From: an uncultured Devosia sp.
Lineage (GTDB): Bacteria; Pseudomonadota; Alphaproteobacteria; Rhizobiales; Devosiaceae
NCBI GenBank assembly: GCA_964487765.1
Contig: CAZASR010000001.1
Coordinates: forward strand, 32,320 to 96,319
Length of the DNA: 64,000 nucleotides
Reading direction: 5' to 3'
The notes beneath the pieces were generated by a model. The model worked only from the letters and a program-made list of their open reading frames with translations. It did no database searches and had not been told where the DNA came from. Of the stretch, positions 38,916 through 49,108 are shown piece by piece. Each line of letters begins with the position of its first letter. Position 1 is the stretch's first letter. The position numbers were made by a program, and so were the translations under genes.

Positions 38916-40328
38916 GTGCGGCTCATGAAGAGTGGGGATCGGTTAGGGACCTGGACACTAGTTAATCCTCTCGAGGGAGGACGTGGCGGCAATGGGACCG
39001 TTTGGGAAGTTGTCGACATCCATGGAAGAACCGCGGCCTTAAAGATCTTGCGTCGGACGAACGGCGAAGGCCGTATGCGATTCGCACGCGAAGTCGACGC
39101 TATGAAGAGGTGCTCGGATATACAGGGGGTGATGCCTCTTCTGGACGCAGAGACTGACCTTACTCAGCCGATCCAATGGTACACTATGCCGTTGGCCGAG
39201 CCCCTTTCCCAACTCGCAGCGCAGATGCAATCGCTGGAAGAGACGGTCAAAGTCTGCAGTAGCCTAGCGGCCACGCTCGCGGAGCTTCACGCTCGCGGCT
39301 ACTCTCATCGGGACATCAAGCCAGAGAACGTTCTTCGGCTCGACGGCCGATGGTACTTAGGCGACTTCGGTCTGGTGGATCACGCGGAGGCCGCTGCACT
39401 CACACCCGACGACAAGAAGCTCGGACCGATGTTCTACATCGCCCCAGAGATGCTCAACTCGCCGGCGACTGCCAACGGGACCGCGGCCGACGTCTATTCG
39501 CTCGCAAAACTGCTTTGGAAGCTTGCCACTGCCCAAAACTACCCCAATCCCGGAAGGCATGATCGCTTTCGCCCTGCCATGACAATCTCGGCCTGGATCA
39601 ACAACGCGAGCGCGGTGTCACTCGACGCGTTGATCGACACCATGACAGATGACGATCCGAGCCGCCGCCCCTCCGCGGAAATGGTCAAAGTCGAACTCGA
39701 CAACTGGTTATCACGTGACTCACTGCTCGTTCCAAGATCACCTGTCGACCTAACTGAGGTTACAGAGAGGATGGGCCGGCTTACCGAGGTGCACCGAACT
39801 AGGCTCTCGGGCCTTGAACGCAACCGTGAGCGAGTAAAGACAGATACAGAGCGGATCTATAAGAGGGTCCGTGAGGTCCTGGCGCCGATGTGCGACGAGC
39901 TACGCTCTAAGAACGTGGGACATCTCTCTCCGAGTCATCCAAGCGGCTTGACTGGGTTAGGTAGCTTCGCTGTTGGCGGGCCAAACGGTCGTAATCTCAA
40001 CGGGCGGAGACTGCAATTCGCCACTCGGATTCCGAGCCACCGCGGAATGGTTGAGTTGGTCGGCAGAGCGGACCTAGTGCAACAGACCAATGAGGGCGAG
40101 GTCGACCCTGACAAGCCTGTGACTTTCAGCGTCGAGTACCTGCTAACAGTTTATCCGCACAGAGAACCGCCTCGGCCCAGCGTATCTTTGTGGAGGGATC
40201 AGGAGACTTTCTTGACTGGCTTGCCTGCCGAAGAAGCTGCCATGGGCCGCCTGCTTGCAGCCTTTAGTTCGACTCTTCTGAGTTCCCTGACCACGGCCGC
40301 AGACGCCCTCGCCCAGTTAGGTAATTGA
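38916..40328 (+). CDS. Hanks-type Ser/Thr protein kinase with uncharacterised C-terminal domain
   Basis: GRGGNGTV, ALKIL, HRDIKPEN, DFG, APE and DVYSL; alternative ATG at 38925. Confidence 0.9.
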   Translation: MRLMKSGDRLGTWTLVNPLEGGRGGNGTVWEVVDIHGRTAALKILRRTNGEGRMRFAREVDAMKRCSDIQGVMPLLDAETDLTQPIQWYTMPLAEPLSQLAAQMQSLEETVKVCSSLAATLAELHARGYSHRDIKPENVLRLDGRWYLGDFGLVDHAEAAALTPDDKKLGPMFYIAPEMLNSPATANGTAADVYSLAKLLWKLATAQNYPNPGRHDRFRPAMTISAWINNASAVSLDALIDTMTDDDPSRRPSAEMVKVELDNWLSRDSLLVPRSPVDLTEVTERMGRLTEVHRTRLSGLERNRERVKTDTERIYKRVREVLAPMCDELRSKNVGHLSPSHPSGLTGLGSFAVGGPNGRNLNGRRLQFATRIPSHRGMVELVGRADLVQQTNEGEVDPDKPVTFSVEYLLTVYPHREPPRPSVSLWRDQETFLTGLPAEEAAMGRLLAAFSSTLLSSLTTAADALAQLGN

Positions 40329-40506
40329 GAAGACGTTTGGCTACCCTGCCGTCCATCGGTGACCCTGCGGCCTGGGCCACCGTGATTAACTGGTGGCCGA
40401 AGGCCCGCTAGCGTGACGGACAAGACTCCTGTTGGGCATCGTGGATATGACATGCCAACAAGAAGCCTGAAGAGTCAGATTGGCGTCGATTTGCGCAAGT
40501 GCCCGC

Positions 40507-40522
40507 GTTCCGGGCCTTTGCG
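40507..40522 (+). repeat. 16-bp direct repeat, copy 2
   Basis: Identical to 38160-38175. Confidence 0.6.
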
Positions 40523-40789
40523 GCAAAAACCTAGCTCCCAGGTACGGACGACACTAAAGCGCGCAAACCTGGGCATCTCACGGCGGTCGCGAAAAGCGCA
40601 CGGAGCGAGGTCGCTAGGTTGGCCGGCTTCGCCAAGGACTTTTTACCGATGAAGACGCTCCTTCGCGCCAAGTCGACGACCGTGTCGGTACGAACAATCG
40701 CTACGCCAAAGCCTGCGACGGGAGCTCCACCGGATCGTTCGAGCCATAATCAGTGTCGGCACACCATGACGTCGGTTGCGAGGCGAGCT

Positions 40790-40882
40790 GCGTTCAGCGT
40801 ACGGATGAACTGGCTCGTTGGCTGGGCTGCCGCGATGGAGTACCGCAGCGGTGACAATCCGGCTCAGTGGAAGGGCGGGGCG
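40790..40882 (+). pseudogene. Short P4-type integrase fragment
   Basis: [19 protein letters not shown] resembles the W-A...GDNPA-W segment of phage integrases. Confidence 0.45.
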
Positions 40883-40885
40883 CTC

Positions 40886-41402
40886 CCCCGACCTCAAATT
40901 CGTCATCGAGTACAAGCCGCGCGCGCCGCGGGTCCATATTAGCTTCAGCGGCGTGGCGCGCACGCTGCTCGGTATCGAGAAGATCGGCCTTCCCAATATC
41001 GGCATCCTGCTCGATTTCGGGCACGCCATTTTCGGCGGGGAGAACGCCGCGGATTCGGCGCAGCTCGCCATCGATTACGGGCGGCTGTTCGGCATGGACG
41101 TCAACGACAATTTCCGCAGCTGGGACGACGACCTCGTCGCGGGCAGCCTGCATCCGATCGAGCTGTTCGAATACTTCCACGTGCTGCGCAAGAACAACTG
41201 GAACGGCGTTTGGCAGCTCGACCAGTTTCCGTTCCGCGAAGATTCGTCGGTCGAGGTCGCCAACCACGCCATCGACTTCCTCAAGGCGGTCGACCGCGGC
41301 CTCGACGCCCTCGACTGGGAAGGCCTCAAGGCCGCACAGGCCAAGCACGACGCGATCGGCGCCCTGCGGATCGCGCAGAAGGCGCTGTTCGGGGCATTTT
41401 AG
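40886..41402 (+). pseudogene. Xylose-isomerase-like TIM-barrel sugar isomerase, C-terminal half only
   Basis: IEYKP, LLDFGH, NDN...WDDDL and LDQFPFRE; N-terminal half absent. Confidence 0.75.
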
Positions 41403-41583
41403 GGCATGGGGACCTGCTACCGCATCCTGCATTGCAAGACGCCGAGAAAATTCCGGCGTCCAAGAGAGCTTTGTGATGGCGGAAGTGGCGGAGAGGGGAC
41501 AGGACCGGTGCCCGGACCTGTCGGTCTTAACTGCAAGAAACCTGCTGGTCCTGCTTGCTGGTCTTGGGGGCAGCGCCTCCTGA

Positions 41584-42459
41584 CTAAGAAAAATCCGCCG
41601 CCCTGGTGACCTCGGCGATGAAATTCGCCACAACCATGACTCGCCGTGTCGCGCGCAAATCCTCGTGCAGGACGAGCCAGTAGGTGCGAGCGATGGCGAT
41701 CTCCGGCAGGATCCGCACCAGATCGTCCCGTGACCGGGCCAGGAAATTGTGCAGCACGCCGATGCCGGCTCCGGCCGCAACGGCGATCATCTGCCCTATC
41801 GCCGTCGAGACGGCGATGCTTGGCGGCCAGCCCTTCAGGATCTCGTCGCGGAAGTCGAGCGACGGCGAATAGAGTAGGTCGTCGACGTAGCCCACGAGCT
41901 GATGCTCGCGCAGTGCCTCGCGCGTCGCCGGCACCCCGTGCCGGTCGAGATAGGCGGGTGCTGCGTAGAGCCCGAGCGCGTAGTCGACGAGTTTGCGCGC
42001 CACCAGCCTGCCTTCGCGCGGGCGCTCCATGGTGACCGCAACGTCGGCCTCGCGCCTCGCCAGCGAGAAACTGCGCGGCACCGGCACCAGCTCAAGCACC
42101 AATCCGGGATGACGCGCCGCAAGCGCCAGCAACCGCGCTGCGAGGAAGCCGGTGCCGAACCCGTCCGGCGCGCCGATCCTGACGGTCCCTGTCAGCCCCG
42201 CGCGACCGGCGCCCGCGGCGTCGGCAGCGGCCATCACCGCGTTCTCGACGCGTTCGGCGTGGACGAGCAGCCGCTCCCCTTCCGGCGTGAGCACGGTGCC
42301 GGTGGTCTGCCGCACGAACAAATCCGCCTGGAGTGCCCCCTCAAGCGCCGACAGCCGGCGGGCGACAGTCGTGTGGTTAACCCCAAGCGCCCGGGCCGCG
42401 CCCAGTAGCGTGCCTGCGCGCGCGATCGCAAGGAAAATGCGGAGGTCGTCCCAGTTCAT
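41584..42459 (-). CDS. LysR family transcriptional regulator
   Basis: MNWDDLRIFLA...TVARRL HTH; divergent from mmsA/iolA. Confidence 0.92.
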   Translation of the reverse strand: MNWDDLRIFLAIARAGTLLGAARALGVNHTTVARRLSALEGALQADLFVRQTTGTVLTPEGERLLVHAERVENAVMAAADAAGAGRAGLTGTVRIGAPDGFGTGFLAARLLALAARHPGLVLELVPVPRSFSLARREADVAVTMERPREGRLVARKLVDYALGLYAAPAYLDRHGVPATREALREHQLVGYVDDLLYSPSLDFRDEILKGWPPSIAVSTAIGQMIAVAAGAGIGVLHNFLARSRDDLVRILPEIAIARTYWLVLHEDLRATRRVMVVANFIAEVTRAADFS

Positions 42460-42553
42460 GGCTCTATGCTTTTCGCACATCCGATGCGCAGGGTGCAGCA
42501 TTCCAATAGGTACTTTAGCACAGCATTCTCGGCCCGGATTGGAGAGCTGGTCA

Positions 42554-44050
42554 ATGCACAGATTGGGACATTTCATCGACGGCCGGATCGTCACCACCGG
42601 CACCGGCCGCGCAGTGCCGGTCTACGACCCTGCCAGGGGCGAGGTGCAAAGCGAACTGGAGCTCGCCGATACCGCACTGCTGCAGCGTGCCATCGCGTCT
42701 GGGCTCGAGGCTCAGCCGAAATGGGCCGCCGTCAACCCGCAGCGCCGGGCGCGCGTCTTCATGCGGTTTGCCGCGCTGATTTCGGCGGAGATCGACTCGC
42801 TGGCCGCAACGCTCTCCGCCGAACACGGCAAGACGCTCGAGGATTCGCGCGGCGACATCCAACGCGGCCTTGAGGTGGCGGAGTTCGTCGCCGGCGCGCC
42901 TCACCTGCTGAAGGGCGAGTTCACCGAAGGGGCCGGGCCGCAGATCGACATGTACAGCCTGCGCCAGCCGGTGGTGCTTGGCGCCGGCATCACCCCGTTC
43001 AACTTCCCGGCGATGATCCCGCTGTGGATGCTGTGCCCGGCGATCGCGGCGGGCAATGCCTTCATCCTCAAGCCGTCCGAACGCGCCCCCTCGGTGCCGT
43101 TGCGCTTGGCCGAACTGCTGAGCGAGGCGGGCCTGCCGCCTGGTGTACTGAGCGTCGTCAACGGGGACCGCGAAACGGTTGACGCGATCCTCGCGGCGCC
43201 CGAGATCGCGGCAGTGTCCTTTGTAGGCTCCACCGCGGTAGCGCGCCGGCTCTACGGCGCGGCGGCAATGGCGGGCAAGCGCGTCCAGGCCTTCGGCGGC
43301 GCCAAGAACCACATGGTCATCCTGCCCGATGCCGACATCGACAAGGCGGCCGACGCGCTGATCGGCGCCGGCTACGGTTCGGCAGGCGAGCGCTGCATGG
43401 CGATCTCCGTCGCCGTCCCGGTCGGCGAGACGACGGCCGACCGTCTTGTCGAAGCGCTGAAGCCGCGCATCGAGTCCCTGCGGGTCGGACCGGCAAGCGG
43501 CGGTAGCGTCGACATGGGGCCGCTGATCACGCGTGCGGCGCAGCAGCGCGTGCTCGACTACGTCAATGAAGGCGTCGCCGCCGGTGCCGAGCTGGTCATC
43601 GACGGCCGTGAGCTGACGCTGCAGGGCTACGAGAACGGCTACTTCGTGGGGCCCTGCCTGTTCGACCGCGTGACCACCGAGATGTCGATCTACACGGACG
43701 AAATCTTCGGCCCCGTCCTGTCAGTCGTCCGCGCGAAAACCTACGACGAGGCGCTGGCCCTGCCGACGCGCCACGCCTACGGCAACGGCGTCGCGATCTT
43801 CACGCGTGACGGCGAGGCGGCCCGCGATTTCGCAAGCCGCGTCGGCGTCGGCATGGTGGGCGTCAATGTGCCGGTGCCCGTGCCCCTCGCTTACCACTCG
43901 TTTGGCGGCTGGAAAGCCTCGGCGTTCGGCGACCTCAACCAGCACGGCACGGACTCGCTGCGCTTCTGGACGCGTACCAAGACCGTCACGGCACGCTGGT
44001 TCTCATCGATGCCATCGGGTGCCCAACTGGCCATACCGACCATGCGCTGA
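42554..44050 (+). CDS. mmsA: CoA-acylating (methyl)malonate-semialdehyde dehydrogenase (MmsA/IolA)
   Basis: ITPFNFPAMIPLW, SFVGST, GGAKNH, GERCMA, EIFGP and GMVGVNVPVPVP. Confidence 0.92.
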   Translation: MHRLGHFIDGRIVTTGTGRAVPVYDPARGEVQSELELADTALLQRAIASGLEAQPKWAAVNPQRRARVFMRFAALISAEIDSLAATLSAEHGKTLEDSRGDIQRGLEVAEFVAGAPHLLKGEFTEGAGPQIDMYSLRQPVVLGAGITPFNFPAMIPLWMLCPAIAAGNAFILKPSERAPSVPLRLAELLSEAGLPPGVLSVVNGDRETVDAILAAPEIAAVSFVGSTAVARRLYGAAAMAGKRVQAFGGAKNHMVILPDADIDKAADALIGAGYGSAGERCMAISVAVPVGETTADRLVEALKPRIESLRVGPASGGSVDMGPLITRAAQQRVLDYVNEGVAAGAELVIDGRELTLQGYENGYFVGPCLFDRVTTEMSIYTDEIFGPVLSVVRAKTYDEALALPTRHAYGNGVAIFTRDGEAARDFASRVGVGMVGVNVPVPVPLAYHSFGGWKASAFGDLNQHGTDSLRFWTRTKTVTARWFSSMPSGAQLAIPTMR

Positions 44051-44075
44051 TTACCAAGGGGGGACCGCGCGCCCC

Positions 44076-45734
44076 TCACCTTGATGCCTGAACCTGCGGC
44101 AGCACGCGGCTCTCCACCAATTCGCCGCGGCATTCGAGCACAGAGACGGCAACCGACGCCAGATGCGCATTGATGCGTTTCAAATCTCGCACAATATCGA
44201 GATGGAGCGTGCTTGTGTCTAGCGCCTCGGCGCGCAAGGCTCGCACACGCTCCAGATGCCGGGATGTAGAACTGGCTTCCAGGCGGCGGATTTCAATCTT
44301 CGCAGCCATCAGCGCTCGCGCGAGCTGCGGGTCGCCAGTGAGAAAGACCGACTGGGCAAGCGCTAGATTTTCGACCGTCTTGTCGTACATCTGGGTGATT
44401 TCCTCGAGGCCGGCCGCCGAGAACGCCAGATGCCGCTGCGCCCGCTTGACTGCCTGCTCGCCCAGGCCCCGATCGATAATGTCGCCGATATGCTCAAGGT
44501 TGATGGCATAGGAGATGATCTCGTTGGCGCGCCGGTTGCCGTCCTCGTCGAGAGACGAGCGATCGAGCCGCGCGACATAGAGCTTCACCGATTGCTGCAG
44601 CGCGTCGATGCGGTCGTCGAGGCTGGACAACACGGTCTCCAGCGCCGGATCGTCCTTGAGCAGGCCCTTGAAGCTCGCTTCCAGCATTTCCCGCACGAGA
44701 TCGCCGATGCGCAGCGTCTCGCGCGCCGCGCCAGCAAGGGCGAGCGGAGCACTGTTCAGCACCTTTTCGTCGAGATAGCTCGCGGCCTTGCTGGGGTCTT
44801 CCGGGATCCGCACCAGCAGCGCCGCAAGGCGCGACACCGGCCCGAGCAGCGGCAGGAACACCGCCAGCAGGATCAGGTTGAAACCGACATGCGCCGCTAT
44901 CGCGAGTGGCACACCGGCAGGCAGCACTGCGCCCGCAAGGTTGGCCAGAGGCAATGCCAGCACGGTTATCGCCGCAGCCCCCGACGCGCGGACGAGAAGA
45001 TTGCTCAGCGTCAGCCGCCGGGCCGCGGGACCCTCCTTGGCCACGGCCAGCCAGGGCGGCACCGCACCGCCCAGGTTGGCACCGCCGACCAGCACGATGA
45101 CGAGTGCCGCCGGCACGGCCCCGGTCTGCGCGAGCAGCGCTACGAATAGCACTGCCGCAAGGCTCGATGACGCGACGAAGGCGAGCCCGGCCGCGAGGAT
45201 GACGGCAAACACCGGCGCATCGGCGAGACTCCCGAGCAGCGCCTGCACGGCCTCGGAGTCGCGCAGTGGTTCGGTGACTGTGCCGAGCAGCTGCAGCGCC
45301 AGAAGCATCAGGCCGAGGCCGAGCAGCGCGCCGCCAATGCCCCGCCCGCGCGCGTAGCGGCTACTCGTATAGGTCGCGACCCCCACGAGGATCATCGCCG
45401 ATGCAAGCCAGTGCACGTCGGTCGAGAGGATCGCAGCAGTCACCGCCGTGCCGACATTGGCGCCCAGCATCACCGCCTGGCCCATGCGCGGATCGATCAG
45501 GCGGCGCTCGGCGAAGGAGGCGGTAATGACAGCGGTTGCGGTGCTCGACTGCAGCGCCAGAGTGGCCAAGAGGCCCGACAGCGCCGCCCTAAGTCTGTTT
45601 CCTGTGCCCCGTGCGATGACCTGGCGCAGAGACGGCCCAAAGCCGCGCAGAATGCCAGTCTTGATGAGACGCAGCCCCCACAGGAGCAGTGCACCTGCCC
45701 CGAGGAGGTCGATTAGCTGGGCCGTGGACGACAT
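44076..45734 (-). CDS. Na/Pi cotransporter family protein with PhoU-like C-terminal domains
   Basis: QSSTAT, GANVGT and GANLG repeats; NLEHIGDI and DLKRIN. Confidence 0.9.
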   Translation of the reverse strand: MSSTAQLIDLLGAGALLLWGLRLIKTGILRGFGPSLRQVIARGTGNRLRAALSGLLATLALQSSTATAVITASFAERRLIDPRMGQAVMLGANVGTAVTAAILSTDVHWLASAMILVGVATYTSSRYARGRGIGGALLGLGLMLLALQLLGTVTEPLRDSEAVQALLGSLADAPVFAVILAAGLAFVASSSLAAVLFVALLAQTGAVPAALVIVLVGGANLGGAVPPWLAVAKEGPAARRLTLSNLLVRASGAAAITVLALPLANLAGAVLPAGVPLAIAAHVGFNLILLAVFLPLLGPVSRLAALLVRIPEDPSKAASYLDEKVLNSAPLALAGAARETLRIGDLVREMLEASFKGLLKDDPALETVLSSLDDRIDALQQSVKLYVARLDRSSLDEDGNRRANEIISYAINLEHIGDIIDRGLGEQAVKRAQRHLAFSAAGLEEITQMYDKTVENLALAQSVFLTGDPQLARALMAAKIEIRRLEASSTSRHLERVRALRAEALDTSTLHLDIVRDLKRINAHLASVAVSVLECRGELVESRVLPQVQASR

Positions 45735-45764
45735 CTGCGGGCGGTCCTTCGAGGCGCGACGCGC

Positions 45765-45784
45765 TTTTGCACGCGGTTGCAAAA
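45765..45784. promoter_or_regulatory. Putative LacI operator TTTTGCACGCGGTTGCAAAA
   Basis: Palindrome; the core 14-mer is identical at 57248-57261. Confidence 0.65.
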
Positions 45785-45883
45785 CTTGCGCCGAATCTGC
45801 TTCGCGGTCAATTCCCGTTCGAAACAGGGAGCGCCATGTGCCACAACTTGATTTCGCCGGGAACCACGGGTAGCTCTTACTCG

Positions 45884-45899
45884 CTGCACAGCCGTGCAG
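45884..45899. promoter_or_regulatory. Putative LacI operator CTGCACAGCCGTGCAG
   Basis: Same TGCAC-N4-KTGCA consensus, directly upstream of lacI. Confidence 0.55.
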
Positions 45900-45923
45900 G
45901 TTGCCGTGCAAACCGGATCGTCC

Positions 45924-46979
45924 ATGGATACGAAGGAACGCTCATTCGTCAGTGCCGACGAGGTCGCCCGTCTCGCCGGGGTCTCGCGCTCCGCCGTGTC
46001 GCGCACCTTCACCGATGGCGCCAGCGTCTCCGATGCAATGCGCAAGAAGGTCATGCGCGCCGCCGAGAAGCTGGGCTACCACGTCAACCACCTGGCCCGC
46101 GGACTATCGCACGAGCGCAGCGGCATCGTCTGCCTTGTCGTCGCCGATATCCCCACGCCGTATCAAGGCCGCATGCTCGACGTCACCACGCGTCAGCTGC
46201 AGGCGATCGGCAAGATCGCCATGGTGATCAACACCACGGGCGAACCCGAAGCGGTAACGGAAGCCATTAGTAAGACCGTCAACTTCCGCGCCGAAGCGGT
46301 GATCGTGCTGTCGGGCACTCCCTCGCCGAAACTGATCGCGACCTGCCTCGCCAATGGTCAGCGCGTGATCCTCATCAACCGCGACGACCATCTCGAGGGC
46401 CCGACCAACATCGTCGTCGCGAATGCCCCGGCCGCGCGCGAGGCCTATTTCCTACTGAGGCGCGCCGGCTGCAAGCGCCTAGGCATCGTCAGTTCGACCG
46501 CGGGCACGCCAAGCCTCACGGCGCGCGAGTCGGCGTTTCTGGCGGCCGCACGTGACGACGGAACCGATGCCGTTCTGCTACGGACGGGGCCGACCGGCTA
46601 CGCTTCGGGTGTCGAGGCGGCGCGTCAGTTTTTCGCGCAGTCCGAACCGCCCGACGGCGTCTTCTGCGTCACCGACCTGCTGGCCATGGGCTTCATGGAC
46701 ACGGCGCGCCACGAGTTCGGCGTTTCGGTGCCCGAGGACCTGTGTATCGTGGGCTTCGACGATATCGACCAGGCGGACTGGACCTCCTACAGCCTCACGA
46801 CCTTCCGGCAGCCGCTCGAGCTCATTGCCGAACGGATCGCGGGGCTGCTTCAGTCCGACGGCCCGCCGCTCGACGGACCGGTCAGCGTGGAGCCGGCGCT
46901 CGTCTGGCGCCGCTCGGTACGCCCGAAGTCGCGTGGCCGAACAGGCAGTGGCAAAGGCAAGACCGCGCCGCTGGCCTGA
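45924..46979 (+). CDS. LacI family transcriptional regulator
   Basis: EVARLAGVSRSAVSR, LGYHVN, VPEDLCIVGFDD and LTTFRQP. Confidence 0.92.
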   Translation: MDTKERSFVSADEVARLAGVSRSAVSRTFTDGASVSDAMRKKVMRAAEKLGYHVNHLARGLSHERSGIVCLVVADIPTPYQGRMLDVTTRQLQAIGKIAMVINTTGEPEAVTEAISKTVNFRAEAVIVLSGTPSPKLIATCLANGQRVILINRDDHLEGPTNIVVANAPAAREAYFLLRRAGCKRLGIVSSTAGTPSLTARESAFLAAARDDGTDAVLLRTGPTGYASGVEAARQFFAQSEPPDGVFCVTDLLAMGFMDTARHEFGVSVPEDLCIVGFDDIDQADWTSYSLTTFRQPLELIAERIAGLLQSDGPPLDGPVSVEPALVWRRSVRPKSRGRTGSGKGKTAPLA

Positions 46980-47009
46980 GTGGCATTCTAGCGGTGTGCC
47001 TGAAGGCGA

Positions 47010-47606
47010 TCATGCAGCGGTATCGTGCTCCTGCCGCGCCGCCGCCCACACTTCGCGTGCAGCATCGATGTTCATCACTGCGATCGCGAGACCAACGATC
47101 ACATCGGGCCAGATCGAGGGCCACACGTAGGCCGTCATTAGTCCGGCAACGATGATCGCGACATTGGCGATCGCATCGTTGCGGGCCGACAGAGATGCCG
47201 CTCGGGTAAGGCTTCCGCTGTGCGCTCGGAACTGCGCCAGCACGAATGCGCAGGAGAGATTGACCAGCAGCGCGCCGGCGCCCGTCAACGAGAGCGCGAA
47301 CGGTTCTGGTGGCAGCGGACACGTAAACTTGCCCCACAGCGCCCAAAGCAATGCGATCGCCGGCACGAGCAGGACGCCCGCCATGACCATGCCGACACGC
47401 GCCCGCGTCGGCGGCGACCACGCGAGCGCGAAGAAGATCAGGAGGTTGACGGAGGCATCCTCGAGGAAGTCGACGGAATCGGCGAACAGCGACACCGATC
47501 CGATCGCAAGAGCGACCGCGAACTCCACCCCGAAATAGCCAAGGTTGAGCAGCGCGACGATAAGCACCACGCGCCGCAGCGAAGCACTGGTCACGTCAAT
47601 CGTCAT
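47010..47606 (-). CDS. Short cation diffusion facilitator (TM domain only)
   Basis: SVSLFADSVDFLED, SARNDAIAN and WPD. Confidence 0.82.
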   Translation of the reverse strand: MTIDVTSASLRRVVLIVALLNLGYFGVEFAVALAIGSVSLFADSVDFLEDASVNLLIFFALAWSPPTRARVGMVMAGVLLVPAIALLWALWGKFTCPLPPEPFALSLTGAGALLVNLSCAFVLAQFRAHSGSLTRAASLSARNDAIANVAIIVAGLMTAYVWPSIWPDVIVGLAIAVMNIDAAREVWAAARQEHDTAA

Positions 47607-47610
47607 GGCT

Positions 47611-49104
47611 TCATACGGCCTCCAGCGTCGCGGGGCCCATATTCAGTTGGTGATAAGACAGGTCCGGCGCCGCGAGACACGCTTCCATCAGCCGCAGCGC
47701 TGCCGCGAGCGCCGCCTGCGCACTCTCAGGGACGAGGTCTTGCGTCGCCAGGAAGCGCGCCGCGGCGCGGTAAGCCTCGATCCGGTCGGCCGGAACCAGG
47801 CCGCGCGCCAGCGTACCCGCCTTGCGCAGCCGGTACCAATCGAGGGCGAAATCGACAATGGAAAAGTCCCGCAACTCCCTGATCTCCGAAGGCCATTCGA
47901 GCGGCAGGTAGCGGTTGCGCACGAGGTGGCCGAGGTGCCGATCGAGAAATTCGGCATAAGTGGTTGCATCGGCGAGCACCGACCCACCTGGCTCCCTGGC
48001 ATAAATCTCGCGCGCAACGTCCCAGCCGGGAGGATCGTCGAGAGGGACGGTTAGGAGCGTCGTTCTACTCGGCTCGATATCGAGAATCTGATACGCCGCG
48101 GGGGAAGCAACCAGCGATGGGACCGCCACATTGACCAGCCCGTCGCGCTCGAGAATGCCCGCAACGTGCCAATGGCCGCTGAAATGCACGCGCAGGCCGG
48201 CATCGAACAAGGCCCGCGACACGGCGGGCTCAACCGGACGGCGCGTTTGCCGCGCAAGTCCAAACAACCGCGCTTCGTCGGCCGCCGCTCCCGGAAACGG
48301 CCCTGTCACCGAGTAGTGCGAGAACGCGACGAGCCGCTTGCCCAGCCGGGCCGCGCGATCCGTCACGACGGCGATCCAGTCGATGAGAAACGGCTTGTGC
48401 CGTGTCACGGCTCCCCAACCCTCCTCGGAGCAATCGACAAAGCCGTTCGCGCGCGGGAGGTAGACATTGGCATCGATCGACAGAAGCCACAGTCCGTCGA
48501 TTGGCTCGACGAGGTAAGAGCCGTCGATCATCTCGCACCGCAAGTCGCCATCCGGCGAGACGACGCTGTAGCGGCGTGCGGCAGCATCGTCACTGCTGGC
48601 GAACGGACACTCCCAGTGGCGATCCTGCGGCTGCCGCACAAAGCCCAGTGCAGCATAGCTTGCCAGCGTCTCGGCGTAGCCCGGACAGTACATCTCGGGA
48701 TTCACCACGCCCGCATCCCGACCGCTGCCCACAAGATCGTCGCCTTGCGCCCGGCGCGCGAAGCGCTTGGACATATGCCGGCCTTCGAGCGCGAAGAGAT
48801 CATGATTGCCGAACGTTGCAAAGAACCGCAATCCGTGCTGCGAGGCATAGTGCTCCGTCAGCGCCAGCAGCGCGCGGCGCGCATAGAGCTCACCGTCGTC
48901 GGTCAGATCGCCGACGATGATCACGAGCTTGATGCCCGCGGTCACGATCTGCTCGAGCGCTTGCCGGAACGCCGCGACGCTCTCGTTGAAGACGCGCGTC
49001 GATCCGACTGTATCGGCGAAGGTGCGGAAGGCTCCGCTGCCGTCGCCTCGCGGATCGAATTGCGGGTCGTGGACATGCGGATCCCCGATGATGGCGATGC
49101 GCAT
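47611..49104 (-). CDS. Calcineurin-like metallophosphoesterase
   Basis: GDPH, GDLTDDG, GNHD, FSH and SGHWH motifs. Confidence 0.88.
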   Translation of the reverse strand: MRIAIIGDPHVHDPQFDPRGDGSGAFRTFADTVGSTRVFNESVAAFRQALEQIVTAGIKLVIIVGDLTDDGELYARRALLALTEHYASQHGLRFFATFGNHDLFALEGRHMSKRFARRAQGDDLVGSGRDAGVVNPEMYCPGYAETLASYAALGFVRQPQDRHWECPFASSDDAAARRYSVVSPDGDLRCEMIDGSYLVEPIDGLWLLSIDANVYLPRANGFVDCSEEGWGAVTRHKPFLIDWIAVVTDRAARLGKRLVAFSHYSVTGPFPGAAADEARLFGLARQTRRPVEPAVSRALFDAGLRVHFSGHWHVAGILERDGLVNVAVPSLVASPAAYQILDIEPSRTTLLTVPLDDPPGWDVAREIYAREPGGSVLADATTYAEFLDRHLGHLVRNRYLPLEWPSEIRELRDFSIVDFALDWYRLRKAGTLARGLVPADRIEAYRAAARFLATQDLVPESAQAALAAALRLMEACLAAPDLSYHQLNMGPATLEAV

Positions 49105-49108
49105 CGGA

